Of a DNA stretch of 64,000 nucleotides, positions 25,606 through 38,800 are shown one piece after another. The stretch is from Centroscyllium fabricii (Eukaryota): NCBI GenBank assembly GCA_051313645.2, contig JBNRSN020000006.1:139562001-139626000 (forward strand). The letters run 5' to 3'. Position numbers and translations under genes: made by a program. Each line of letters opens with the position of its first letter. Position 1 is the first letter of the stretch. The notes beneath the pieces were generated by a model. That model was not told where the DNA came from and ran no database searches. It worked only from the letters and a program-made list of their open reading frames with translations.

Positions 25606-28039
25606 TTAAAAAAAATCAGTCATTTAGTATGAACTACAATGTTATTTTTTTAAACACTGCTAGGAGCTCAGCCCTGATGAACAAGGTCCTCCCACACCCA
25701 TTTGTAAAGATAGGTCAAGCCTCATTGCAACAAACTGTGCCATTACAAACCTCCTGTTACAACAAGACTTTTCCTGCAACCTGACTGATGCTCCCCCGTG
25801 TACTTGAAGTTCAGTATCTGATAGGCTAATGCTGCCATAGCAAAAAAACCTTCGTTCTTACAGCAAATAAAATCACTATCATTTGTAACAAAATAGAGAA
25901 AACTGCACAGTTCTAATTGTTCTGGCATTCACATTAACTTCCCAATGTTTCTTCAACATGGTTCCAACACATGCGCGCGCATTCAGTGCAAATTGGGTTG
26001 GTACAGTCAGTAATTCTTTTGCAATCTGTAGTGAAGAAACAATTTGGGGTAAGGGTCCCCAATCTTCACAAAGATTTACATTTTGAGTGCGTAATAATAG
26101 TTGGCCTAACAATTTAAAAAATAATTTGATGAATAATTTACTCGTGGCATTTTCATCTTCCTCCCCTTTGTATCATTAAATACTCTGACTGCATTGAAGA
26201 ACATTCTTGTTGGTGTTACTCAAAGAAGTTTGTAGTATTGAATCATCGGAGCATGAAGCATAAAGGGTGCAATAAAGTTGGTAGTCAAGCAAGTTAAATA
26301 TCTGACGTGTGTAGGAATCAAAAATCAAGGGCCCATATGGAAAGTGAGGTATCCTCGATGCAAGTCTGCTTTACATTTGGAGCTGCGGTACTATTCTTTT
26401 AATCAGAAGTGGGTACAGATGAAACAGAAGAATTTCACTGTGCCTCTATCAGCCTCATATACATTAATCACTCTCCCTTTGTCTCGTCCATGCAAAGAAG
26501 GATTAGATTTAAAATGATGACTGCTTAATCCCTTTGATTTCCCTGTGCTAAATAAATATTAATCTACAAGTCAATCACATCTTGTATTATAATGCAAAGT
26601 GTATACAATATGAAAGTACTCGAAGGTTATGTAAATTGCAGCTGATTTTACAAGCATCTGTCTGTTGATAGCATCATTATCTTATCCCTCCACAAAAAAA
26701 TGCTCTTGATCAGGATTTAATATAAAGTTAGCAATCCAGCTTCACATATACAGCCTAATCTCAAATCCATGCTGTCCTTGCAAGTCAGGAGCAAAGATCC
26801 AGTGCATTAATCTGGACTATGAATGAACAATTATTAGTGCCATGTTTATTTAAGGATCATTACTCAGAATCTGTAATTTTACCTCAACCCTTCATAAACG
26901 TATAGAGGTCACTTGGATTGCTTTGAAGGATAATGTGAACAATAAGTGAGAAACCTGCTGTATTCCTGTTTCTAATTTCTGCAGACTATTCCAGTTGCTA
27001 CAGGTTTTGACATTTTCACTCATAGTTATTTATGTTCATAACAGATCCTGATATAATTATCAGGTCATTTCTGTGCAGTGAAGGCTCTTCCTACTGCCAC
27101 CTAACCAGAATCACGATATATGTTAGAGTTCAAAAGCTGTTCTCCAGCAGATCCTGCTTCAAGGCTAGTTCTACTGTAATTATCTTCATAAAATGTAATC
27201 ACAGACCAGGTACCCCAGTGAGCATTCCAAAGCTATTAGCAATGTTTTAGCCTCAGATCTAGTTAAAAAGATAGGTATAACAGGAATGTTAGACCTGAAC
27301 GTGTTTAATAACCAGAAAAGTCAGTCTATTATTCAGAAGAGGGATTTCTGCCTGGAATTGTAGCTTTAGAGTAATCTTCTAAAAAGATATTCTCATCATT
27401 CCTAAATTTATAAAGGTCATGTGAAAATGAGCATGAACAAAGCCATTTAAAAAAATGTAATCGCAGCATTACAAATACTGCAAAATCCTGTTTATAAATT
27501 ACACCTTTGTTCAGGTTTTAGGCCAATAAAAATACAAGTGTAGCACATATTGCAGTGTGACTAAAGTGTACCGTGTATATTTTAAAAACTGAAACAGCAA
27601 CCACAATAATTGGGGAGTGAAGTATGAATTCAAATGTTATTGCAATAGCTATACTTAGAATATTAAACATATATAGTGCCCTCAAATGATGATTCATAGT
27701 TATACAATAATTACAAATTAAATATGACCAGTTTTGAGTCATTTTGGTCAATAGCTGAGATTTGACTTCAGCCAGTGATTAAATTATTCTCCCAAAAACA
27801 CTCTGCGCAAAGGTACACACTTATTATTCAGCAGCTTATCATAATCAAACTACAAAATTAAATGACATTCTTCTGCAAGAATGTTTTGAATGCCTAAAAC
27901 ACTTTGTACAAATCATTCATTGTAATGCACGGATTTCAGCTGGTTTTCATCTTACACATATTTTCAAAGGACTGGCTTATTTTCTGTCACTGATTTTCTC
28001 CCCTCCCGTGAAGATGACCCCTTCATGGGATATGATTCT

Positions 28040-28320
28040 AATCACCCTACTTTTCCCAAGTTGCCATTATTTGTGCAAGTCTTGTCATAAGCGTCAGCAT
28101 GTTATTTGTCGATATGGAGCTGTACAGTTGAACCTGCTACTGTCCTCATCCAATATCCACACATGCCAATTCTAACAAGGGACACTAAAACGTGGTCAGA
28201 AACAGGAACCCCGGCTGATTTACTCCTCTCTAATCCGCGGCGCAAAGGCTTATTATATAACTTGTACTGCTGCGCCAGCTGACTCAACATAGACCAAGCA
28301 GTGAACCCAAGCTCTTCTTC
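28040..28320 (-). mobile_element. Old SINE-like remnant
   Basis: Minus strand has a box-B-like GGGTTCA head and an AATCAGCCGGGGTTCCTGTTTCTGACC core resembling ancient fish SINE bodies; heavily diverged. Confidence 0.35.
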
Positions 28321-31300
28321 GTCTATATCTGTACACCGCAACAACTCGCTGGCTAAACCTGGTCACTTGGAGATTCTGTTTGGGATTTTCCTGGTCTCTC
28401 GCCACAACCTTGGTGAGAGATTGGCAGAATCCATATATTCCACTGAAGTTATGGAGGAAAACGCCACAGAAATTCTATCTCCACGAGTCATAGTGAAGGG
28501 GTGACGTAGTTTCTTTGTTATTATCATCAATGCATTTTTATCTGTATATCATCCGTTTCCACCATTTATCACCTTTCACACAAGCTTCTCATGAGGTGAA
28601 TTTGCTGTTGTTGCACCAGCCTGATATATCAATAAGGTCTCTCAAAATTCATAATTTAATTAAAACTTTAAACAAATAGCTGCAATAACCACTACAAAAA
28701 TGGGTAACTGATTTTGCAGTGATTTATATTTTTATATATTGCAAAATAGTTCAACTATAGTTTCTCTGAGAAGCACGAGATCCAACTGAAGTGAAAGTAC
28801 GATATTCTAACATCACGCTAACCGCTATCGTCTTGACTGGTGAGCTGAAATACACAATAATGGGAAAGTGCTGCCTTCCGATGGGCTCTTGTAGAAATGG
28901 ACAACATAATTATTAATTCAGCTCTCTACCCTTCCTCTTTGATAGTTAGGAACAACAATAGTAAATTGCAAACTAGATCCACATTGTCTGCATAGCTGAC
29001 TAAATAGGAACAGTTACAACTTGACCACCTCACTGTATTCTATTCCATAATAAAATACTTTTAATGGTTTCATTAAAGTTGTGTTTTATTGACATAAAGA
29101 GACACAAGCTATTGTTTTAAAACCTTTTCATTTCTTTTACTAATAATTTGCTGGAGGGGATTAGCAAGGTTATTTACAAAAGTAACACATGTTAGTCAAG
29201 CTAAACAGGATGGCACAATTGACTAGCTCCAGCTCTAGCTGATTATTTTAGTGGCAGTGCAATTCTGCACCAAGTAATGTGAATGAAGTAAACTCTTCAG
29301 GTTTATTCAATGAATGCTGGTTCTATTAGAGCCATTAACAAGTCGAGCTGTCAGACTATAATGAAGGTAAATGATTAGTTAGTACGGCAGCTGAAGACTT
29401 CTTCAATGTAATAAGAGTTAATTAAAGTTTACCGCAAGACACTACCGAAAGCACAATGTTGATTATGTTTCATGATTTAGTGCAAACAGACAATAGCTAG
29501 CAGTAATTAACAAAGCAATACTATAATGAAATGGAATATGTTGCTTTTTATGATTGACTTTATTTTAGAAAATATTTTAAGTGGGAACGACTATATAAAA
29601 ATAAAATTATGAGCGCCATATGAAGTATTTTAGGACAGAAAAATAATTTTATTGAGATTATTAACAATAATTGTCATATTTAAATCATTTTCAGCAAATT
29701 AGAAAAGAAAGATGTTATAAAGGCCCCTTCATACAGAAGTATAAGAAACTATGATGTCAGATTTAACTGAGACTTCTTCTGCAAGTCTGAAGTATGTATT
29801 TCGAGGAAACTGCACTGGTGTTCTTTGGATTTAAACTTGATTTTTTCTGAAACACTGCCCAGTTATTCCACCACGACGAAGGGCAGAAAAAAAGGCCAAT
29901 CAAGGTGATCTTATTTTAACTCTAACTTTTTAAAAGTACATTTGTAATGCTTTGATTATAAACTTATGCTCAAAACAGATGAAGCGGGTTAAGACAGTTG
30001 CTTTTCTGGCTATACTGAAGGGTCTATTTATTTTTTATGTTTTACTAAGGTAAACTATTTCAGCTCAGTTTAATAAAAGGAACAATAACTCACCACACTG
30101 TGACAACATACATATACTAGCACCTTTTAAACATTTGATAGAATCCCTCAGTCAGGTCCTAGTATTTCTGATTGTTTAACCATTTTAATGGACTAGGCAG
30201 ACATCAGACCACTGAAGCTATGGAGTCAACTATTCCTTACAAATTATCTTTTAAAATGCCATTATAGAACCAGGAGAAATAAAGACTGACTTTCACCTCC
30301 ACAAGTGGACAGCTTATGCTCAACTGCCTTTAAAAAACGACTTTCTTATATTGAATTTATTTGCACTGTTAAGATATCACTAAAGTCTGATATCACAACC
30401 CCATCTTTATCCTTTTGTATCTTATTTTATCAAATGTTACTACTCGGAGGAAACACACACTACCCTGCATTTCCCCAGAGTTCCATTTGTGTTGTGTCCC
30501 TAGCACTGCACAAAAGTGTCTCCTAAAGCCCTTTTGCCCCCTTCGGCACTCACAGACTCATTGGTCCTGACATTTTCACTTCATCCATGACAAATGATCT
30601 CATGACTGTGATCAGATTGCACAAGATGACTACTTTATCCACAACTAAATCATTAGCTTCCATCAGTGCATTTTCCTGATGTGGAAATAGATTCTATCCC
30701 ATTAGCTCTCGTCCCATCATTTTCCAAGACGCTGAGTTTTTGATGTTGCTTTGTTTTTTTTAAATTCTTCATTGGCTAATAATACCTGCACATACATGTA
30801 ATAGCTGCTTAGACTCTTCCACCATAGATCAGACAGGATATGAGAAGGCTACTTAGTAAGTGCTTCTCAAGGGACTTCAGTAACTGTACTCAACCTCTGC
30901 CCCATTGCAAACACTGTGCCAGATATCTGTCTGTTGTGTATCCTTCCCGCTCTTTGGGAAAAAAAATCAGAGGTAGATTACACTGTACTATTATTACTGT
31001 AACCTTTACTTGCATATTGCACACTGCTTAGAAAACACAACTTGTAAACTTTACATGCCCATCTTTGATACTATTGGCATCTATTTACATAAATGTCAAT
31101 TAAATGACAGAGCAGTAGTACTTGCAAGATACAGATTGGAGAATCGTCTAATTCTCTTTCTAATTAACATCCACTAGTCATTATTTCATTTATTTAAAAC
31201 TTAATGTAGAAGCGAAAGGAATCGACCTTCATTTTGGCCCTAGTAATTCATTTCTGAATTAGGGTCTCAACACAATCAGCTACAAGACAGACCTTCAGAA

Positions 31301-32175
31301 GTGGAGTCAGCCGACATCTAGGGGCTCTGAAGGCAACTCTTCAAGTGATGTTCTTATTGGCATCTGCCCCCTCTGATTGGGCCAAGGACAAAGCGGAGTG
31401 GTGTGTGAAGCTTAGTTCATGAATAAATCGGAGGTGAGCCAGAGAAAGTGCTCCCTGTGATTTGCTTGTTGACAGCGAGCACTTAAACAGGCCTGTAGGA
31501 CCAACAACACTTGGCAGAGCTTAATAGTTCCAGCTTTGCAACCTGCTTCATTTCAGCAAAGGAACACGTCTACCATTCTTTCATACCACTTCAAAATCTA
31601 TGGACCTGGACCAACACAGTGTCTGTCCTTTCTACTGTATCAGATCATTGCTGGCACCTTCTCATGCCGTGGACGCACAAATTGAAAACCTGCATATCAA
31701 GCTCATCGGTCTAAGGATGTTACCCCCTTGTAAAATCTACAACTGTCACAATACTGAGGAGGACTGCAACAAATTACAGGAGGACATTAATAAACTTGCA
31801 GAATGGGCATATAATTGGCAAATGAAGTTCAACACATAAATGTGAGGTATTACATTTTGGTAGGTAGAATAGGGAGGTCACTTATTACTTAGAGGATGAG
31901 AGTCTGTGGGGTGGAGGAACAAAGGGATCTCGGAGTACAAATACACAATTCACTAAAAGTTGCGACAGGTTAGCAATGCCATAAAAAAAGCAAACCAAGC
32001 ACTAGGGTTTATTTCTAGAGGTATAGAATTGAAAAGTAGGGAAATTATTCTAAACCTGTATCGAACCTTGGTTAGACCACACTTAGAGTACTGCCTACAG
32101 TTTTGGTTGCCATATTATAAAAAACGACATAGAGGCGCTGGAGATGGTGCAGAAAAGATTTACAAGGATGATACC

Positions 32176-33100
32176 TTCTTCTTCTTCTCTTAGGCAGTCC
32201 CTCGGAATCGAGGATGACTTGCTTCCACATTAAAAATGAGTTCTCAGGTGACTGATGAGTCCAATGCGGGACCTACAGTCTCTGTCACAGGTGGGGCAGG
32301 CGGTGGTTGAAGGGGTGGGTGGGTGGGGTGCTTGGGTTGATGTGCGCTCCTTGTGCTGCCTGTGCTTGGCTTCCGCTTGCTCCCAGCGAAGAGACTCGAG
32401 GTGTTCGGTGCCTTCCCAGATGCTTCTCCTCCACTTTGTGCGGTCTTGGGCCAGGGATTCCCAAGTGTCGATGGGGATGTTACACTTTTTAAAGAAGGCT
32501 TTGAGGGTGTCCTTGAAGTGTTTCCTCTGCCCACCTGGGGCTCTCTTGCTGTGCCAGAACTCCAAGTAGAGCGCTTGTTTTAGGAGTTTCATATCGCGCA
32601 TGCAGACAATGTGACCCGTCCATCAGAGCTGATCGAGCGTGGTCAAAGCTTCGATGCTGGGGATGTTTGCCTGAGCAAGAAGACTGACGTCGGTGCACCT
32701 ATCCTGCCAATGGATTTGCAGGATCTTGCGGAGGCAGCATTGGTGGTACCTCTCCAGTGCTTTGAGGTGCCTGCTGTATATGGTCCATGTCTCTGAGGCA
32801 TACAGCAGGGTGGATATCACTGCTGCTCTGTAGACCATGAGCTTGGTGCTGGGTTTGAGGTCCTGGTCTTCAAACACTCTTTTCCTCAGGCGACTGAAGG
32901 CTGCACTGGCACACTGAAGGCAGAGTTGGACTTTGTCGTCGACATCTGCCCTTGTTGACAGTAGGCTCCCAAGGTATGGAAAGTGGTCCACATTGTCCAA
33001 GGCCTTGTCGTGGATTTTGATAATCGGGGGGCAGTACTGTGTGGCAGGGGCAGGTTGGTAGAGGACCTTTGGTTTACAGATGTTTAGTGTAAGTTTAGTG
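32176..33100 (-). mobile_element. RTE-clade LINE, 5'-truncated
   Basis: FPYLGS, TKLMVYRAAV..LLYASETW, GGQRKHFKDTLK, terminal CPTC...HLRTH zinc finger, (GAA)n tail. Confidence 0.88.
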
Positions 33101-33640
33101 TAAACCTGTATCGAACCTTGGTTAGACCACACCTAGAGTACTGCATACATTTCTGGTCACCATATTTTTAAAGGATATAGAGGCACTGGAGATGATGCAG
33201 AAAAGATTTACAAGGATGATACCAGAAATGCGAGGGTATACATATCAGGAAAGGATGAAAAGGCTGGGTCTCTTTTCTCTTGAAAAGAGAAGGCTGAGTG
33301 AGGGGTGACCTAATAGAGGTCTTTAAAATTATAAACGGTTTTGATAGACTGGATACAGAGTGAATGTTTCCACTTGTGGGGAAGAGCATAACTAGAGGCC
33401 ATCAATATAAGATAGTCAGCAAGAAATCGAATACGGAGTTCAGGAGAAACTTCTTTACCCAAAGAGTGGTGAGAATGTGGAACTCACTACCACAGGGAGT
33501 GGTTGAAGTGAAAAGTATAGATGCATTTAAGGGGAGGCTAGACAAGCATATGAGGGAAAAGGAAATAGAGGGTTATGCTGATAGATTTAGATGAGGAAAG
33601 ACTGAGGAAGCCCGAGTGGAGCATAAACGGCGGCATGGAC

Positions 33641-34582
33641 GAGGGAACTAGATGTAATATCTCCAAGTTTGCAGATGACTCAAAGCTGGGTAGGCGTGTG
33701 TGCTGTAAGGAGGATGCCGAGAAACTCCAGTATGAATTGGACAGGTTGGGTGATTGGGCAGAAGCATGGCAGATGCAATATAACGTGGATAAATGCGAGG
33801 TTATCCACTTTGGTGTCAAAAACAAGAATGCAGATTATTTTCTGAATGGCAATAGATTGGGAGACGGGGAAGTGCAACTTGTGCACCAGTCGCTGAAGGT
33901 AAGCATGCAGGTGTAGCAGGCAGTTAAGTAGGTAAATGGTATGTTGGCCTTTGTAGCGAGAGGGTTTGAGTACAGGAACAAGGATGTCTTTCTGCAGTTG
34001 TACAGAGCCTTGGTGAGACCACATCTTGAGTATTGTGTGCAGTTTTGGTCGCCTTATCTAAGGAAGGATGTTCTTGCCATGGAAGGAGTGCAGCGAAGAT
34101 TCACCAGGCTGATACCTGGGATGGCAGGAATGACGTATGAGGAGAGATTGGGTCGATTGGGCTTGTACTCACTGGAGTTTAGAAGAATGAGAAGGGATCT
34201 CATTGAAACTTATAAAATTCTAACAGGACTGGACAGACTAGATGCAGGAAGGATGTTCCCGATAGTGGGGGAGTCCAGAACCAGGGGTCAGAGTCTAAGG
34301 ATAAGGAGTAAGCCATTTAGGACTGAGATGAGGAGGCATTTCTTCACCCAGAGAGTGGTGAACCTGTAGAATTCTCTACCACAGAAGGCAGTAGAGGCCA
34401 ATTCATTAAATATATTCAAGAAGCAGTTGGATATATTTCTTAAGGCTAAAGGGATCAAGGGTTATGGGGAGAAGGCAGGGACAGGGTACTGAATTCGGAT
34501 GATCAGCCATGATCGCATTGAATGACGGAGCAGGCTCGCGGGGCCGATTGGCCTACTCCTGCTCCTATCTTCTATGTTTCTA
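33641..34582 (+). mobile_element. CR1 (HER1-like) LINE nested in the 3' UTR of the older CR1
   Basis: SKFADDSKLG RT motif, LVRPHLEYCVQFW, conserved 3' UTR GGCCTACTCCTGCTCC and TTTCTATG tail. Confidence 0.9.
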
Positions 34583-34889
34583 TGGTTAGGTCGAATGGCC
34601 TGTTTCTGTGCCGTATATCCTATGTAATCCTATGTGAAGAACAAATACATAAAATGTAATTCTCTTTAAATCCCCTTTAAACTTTAAAGGTTCAGTCAGC
34701 CCCAGAGTCAGTCATGTTAAGACTTTTGTTACGTAAGCGGTTCTTTGCTAAGGCTTTTTTAAACTCCATTTTGGTATATCTGAGCAATATTTAAGTACAG
34801 CCCACAAAAGATATAAAATTTGTGAAATGATTTTTGAATTGACATAATTAATAAAAGGGGCACAAATACATGATAGCCATTAACATTTC

Positions 34890-35150
34890 AAATAAAGAAT
34901 TTAGGAGGAGTTCCTTTACACAGAGAGTGGTGAGAATGTGGAACTCACTGCCACATGGAGTGGTTGAAGCAAATAGCATTGACTCATTTAAAGGGGGGCT
35001 TCCTGCATACATGATGGCAAAGTGACTAGAGTGATGTGGGAAGAGTTGATTAGAGTGGGAGGATGCTTGTGCAGAGTATAAACACCGGCATAGACCAGTA
35101 GGGTCGAATAGCCTTTTCCTGAACTCTAGATTCTATGTAATTCTATGTAA
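34890..35150 (+). mobile_element. CR1 3' fragment
   Basis: QRVVRMWNSLP-encoding segment and TTCTATGTAA tail. Confidence 0.75.
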
Positions 35151-35301
35151 AATGTAGCTGTAATAGCCCATCAAACATTTCACACTATTAGTTAAAAGCT
35201 GTGGATAAAGTACTATATACTATAGCTTAATTTCAATAATCTCACATAACCTCTCAAAGCTTTCTACATTAAGCCTGGTCATCTGAGAAAAATATGTACA
35301 C

Positions 35302-35457
35302 GGGTGGGATATGTGTCGGTGCAGGCTCGATAGGGATATGGGGACAAGGCAGGGACAGGGTATTGGGTTTGGATGATCAGCCATGATCTCATTGAATGGC
35401 GGAGCAGGCTCGAAGGGCCGAATGGCCTACTCCTGCTCCTATCTTCTATGTTCTATG
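35302..35457 (+). mobile_element. HE1-like SINE 3' fragment (CR1-shared tail)
   Basis: GATCAGCCATGATCTCATTGAATGGCGGAGCAGGCTCGAAGGGCCGAATGGCCTACTCCTGCTCC plus TTCTATG tail; (TA)n follows at 35477-35501. Confidence 0.8.
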
Positions 35458-35468
35458 TACACACATTT

Positions 35469-35501
<33 letters not shown>

Positions 35502-35630
35502 GTGTGTGTATTCTCTGACAGTATTTCTGATCTTACTGGAGAGAACTGCTTCACCCAAAGCTGTCTGTAAGATATGCTGTTTCCTTTCTCTGTATTGGAT
35601 ATCACCCATCCCTTTTTCTTTTACATTAAA

Positions 35631-35863
35631 CATAGAAACATAGAAGATAGGAGCAGGAGTAGGCCATTCGGCCCTTCGAGCCTGCTCCGCCATTCAATGA
35701 GATCATGGCTGATCATCCAAACCCAGCACCCTGTCCCTGCCCTGTCCCCATATCCCTATCGAGCCTGCACCGACACATATCCCACCCTATCCCCGTAACC
35801 CCACACATTCAATCCCCCTAACACTAAGGGTCAATTTATCATGGCCAATCAACCTAACCCGCA
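35631..35863 (-). mobile_element. HE1-like SINE 3' part
   Basis: GGTTAGGTTGATTGGCCATGATAAATTG body plus the same CR1-type tail, inverted relative to 35302-35457. Confidence 0.8.
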
Positions 35864-38800
35864 GATCATAGATGTCAGCATGTACACAGCTAATCCCCAT
35901 ACTTTCCAAGAAGGTGCAGGTATTTCTGCAGCTCACATGGACATTTCTTAATGACAACATAGCATGGTCGAGGAAGGCATCACCTATTTCAAACTTTGAA
36001 CTGTCCCTACTAAGCAAATAATGAATTGTGCTGAGTAAATGTTCCCACAAAAGCTTATTCCGATTAACAGGCATATACTGCATGCCATGTTAGGATAGCA
36101 TTTCTAACTAAACTAGAATGCATCTATACATTAGCATGTCTGGAATGGCTTGCCTTTTACAGTACTATAAGGAGTTGATTAAATATTTGAGAAACACATC
36201 ATTCCTATAATTCTTGATGTCCCATTGTAGGCTTAATCATGGATCTTACACGACAGAAGATGGCATTAGTATAGCTATTCATTTTCAACCTTATAGCAAA
36301 ATTGTTCAGAAATATGTGCATTTCAATTAAGGGAAAAGCTTATCTACAATGATCACTCTCAAGTCTGTGACAGGCTGATAGCAGGCTACTTTCAATATGG
36401 TAGGTTGTACAGCGGTTATTATTTATAGTCCAAGCAGTCACACACTCCCTGCCAAATATATCATTAAAGAAACAACAAATACTTCATGGTTTTGTGATAT
36501 TGTTCTGCTTTGTTTGTTCATCTCTGTATTAGTTTGATGTTAAATCCAATTAATTCATAGCTTATTGCTATTTCAAAGAACTTATTCTGCATTGTCATTC
36601 AACAGTTTCATTGTCCTCTTTTTATCATTCATTATGTTGTAGCTAAATGTTGTGAAATGGCTTTGAATGATTATCTCTGCTAAAACAAAAAGAAATAAGA
36701 TTGCTCTTTTTCTTAAACTTTAGTATTTGCAAATATGGTTTATGCAGTTCCTTCTATAACAAAATACAGTATAGCATTGAAAGGTCCTGGTTTCTCAGGA
36801 TTACAATTTAATGGATAGGACACAGAAATCTCTCATAGAAACTAACTATATATCAGTATTAGCTGTACATTTCAAGTTCCATCTAAGTTGAACGCTGTTC
36901 CTGCCAGTGTAGTAATACACTAAACTGTTTTGCATGCGGACAAAATATAATTGAATCAAAAGTGAAAAACTTAATGCATCCAATCTCCTCCTGTACTTTT
37001 AACCAGAGAAATTCCAAAGCATGTGGATTGTACACATTACATTTTAGAAATGGTGTACTGAAATTGAAAAAAAAAACGAACATAAGCACGAGCCATCTTG
37101 ATCGTTTAAAGCTATTCTGTGATTAAAAATAAAACGTAATAACCTTGTCAGAATGAGTTGCTATGTTAATCAATCCACCTTTTTTTAACACAGTGGTTGC
37201 ACTCATACTGTGTAACAACTGCATTTGTACAGTCTGTCCAATAGACTCACCGGATTACTTCAACAACATTACAATTATTATTTTTGTAATTTAGAGTCGT
37301 TTAGCTATTCCTCCTCCATACTCCGGGAGCACGGGCAAACTGTAACCAGCTACTAACCTGCCTGTCATTCAATTCTGCAGAGACTGGAAATGTGCCAATT
37401 ACAGCACATGACAGTTTATTAAATGTGTTTAACACAATTATAAAATATGCCAATCTTTACAGAAACAGAATAAAACACATTTTGCTTGTTAAAATAGTCA
37501 TACGCAAATTAAAGTACCAATATACAGATACTGCGATTTTAGTTTATGGTATTGCAAGTGCCCTGAAGCTTTTACAGCTTAAGTAATTTCACATTAAAAA
37601 TTAACCTGACGAGACCTTTATTCAAATGACAAGTATGTGCATATAGAAGTTTTGTGAACTGCCAGCAAACAATAGGGGTCAACAGCTGATGGTCTATGTC
37701 TACAATCGTCTGGGGCCTGAAACTGTTACTTATTACAGCCTAAACCCATGTGAAACCTATTGAAAATATATTTAGGATAAATAATTATTTAAACAAAGGG
37801 CCAAAATATCTCATTTTATGTTCTCAAAAGTAACACCTGTGGTATTTTCACTTTCAGAATGACAATGAAGCAAAGATTCACGCATCACTTTGGCAGCTGC
37901 TAACCAATAAAAGCTCATTTTCTTTAAATGGTATCTCTGACAAAGTTTTAATTTAAGCAGTTAAGAAATGAAACACAACATAATAAAGTGGTGATATTAC
38001 AGTGAATTTGATTTATGTAACACTGTAATAGTTAATATTACCTTTCTATAGAATATTGCTTGTAACTTTTATTGGAAAAAACTTTATCAAAAAAAATAGT
38101 TGAACATCCTTGACACTGGTGGTCAATATTTGGTTTGTGACATGCCTGGCATGTTCTTGTAACTCTCTTGTATACAAACCTTTGTTTATCAGCCCCAAGC
38201 TGCACCATTATCATACATATTACTCCACAAGATGAGAGAATCCAAGGGAATTCCATAAAGCTGCTGAAATATGAGACTATGCTTGTTTTCTCAAGTCCTG
38301 GACAAATACATCTTTAGAGTGAGCTGAGCATTTGGAGGGGAAAAAGAAGAGCCTGAATTTTCATCTTCCTTTCATCTTAGTCATTCAGTCAACCATTCAG
38401 TCTGCCATTCAACAGTACTTTTCATTATGCAAAAAAATGCTAATCCTTTTCCGATGCTTTCACACTTGTATAAACCTCCATTTCTCCAACTGAAAAGCAA
38501 TTATATCAGTTTACGTTTCTGTCAAAAAACAGGATTAATTCTGGAACAGCAGAATCTCTTCTTTTTTTCATATTCTGTTATCAGAACCTAGAGAGATTAT
38601 TAGTGAAGGTATTTCCACAATGCAAAGCTACACTTGCTTTTAAGCTGTGATTTAATTGGTCAAAGAAAAACAGCTTTAGTTACTGCGGAAACCCTTTTCA
38701 GCAACATAATTGACCTTTCCTTGCTAAGGTCTGAATAGAATGAACCTGAAACTGGTCTATTAATCAGAAACAAATTATGAAAGAATGTAGCTGGACTGGT

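Larger units (their letters stand above)
31746..34635 (+). mobile_element. Older CR1 LINE fragment carrying two nested LINE insertions
   Basis: EEDCNKLQEDINKL...LVRPHLEYC; resumes at 33101 and again at about 34583 (TATGTAATCC tail). Confidence 0.85.

Noticed and set aside
31240-31745. Possible Penelope-like or other repeat remnant
   Set aside because: No diagnostic motif or boundary could be supported by eye.
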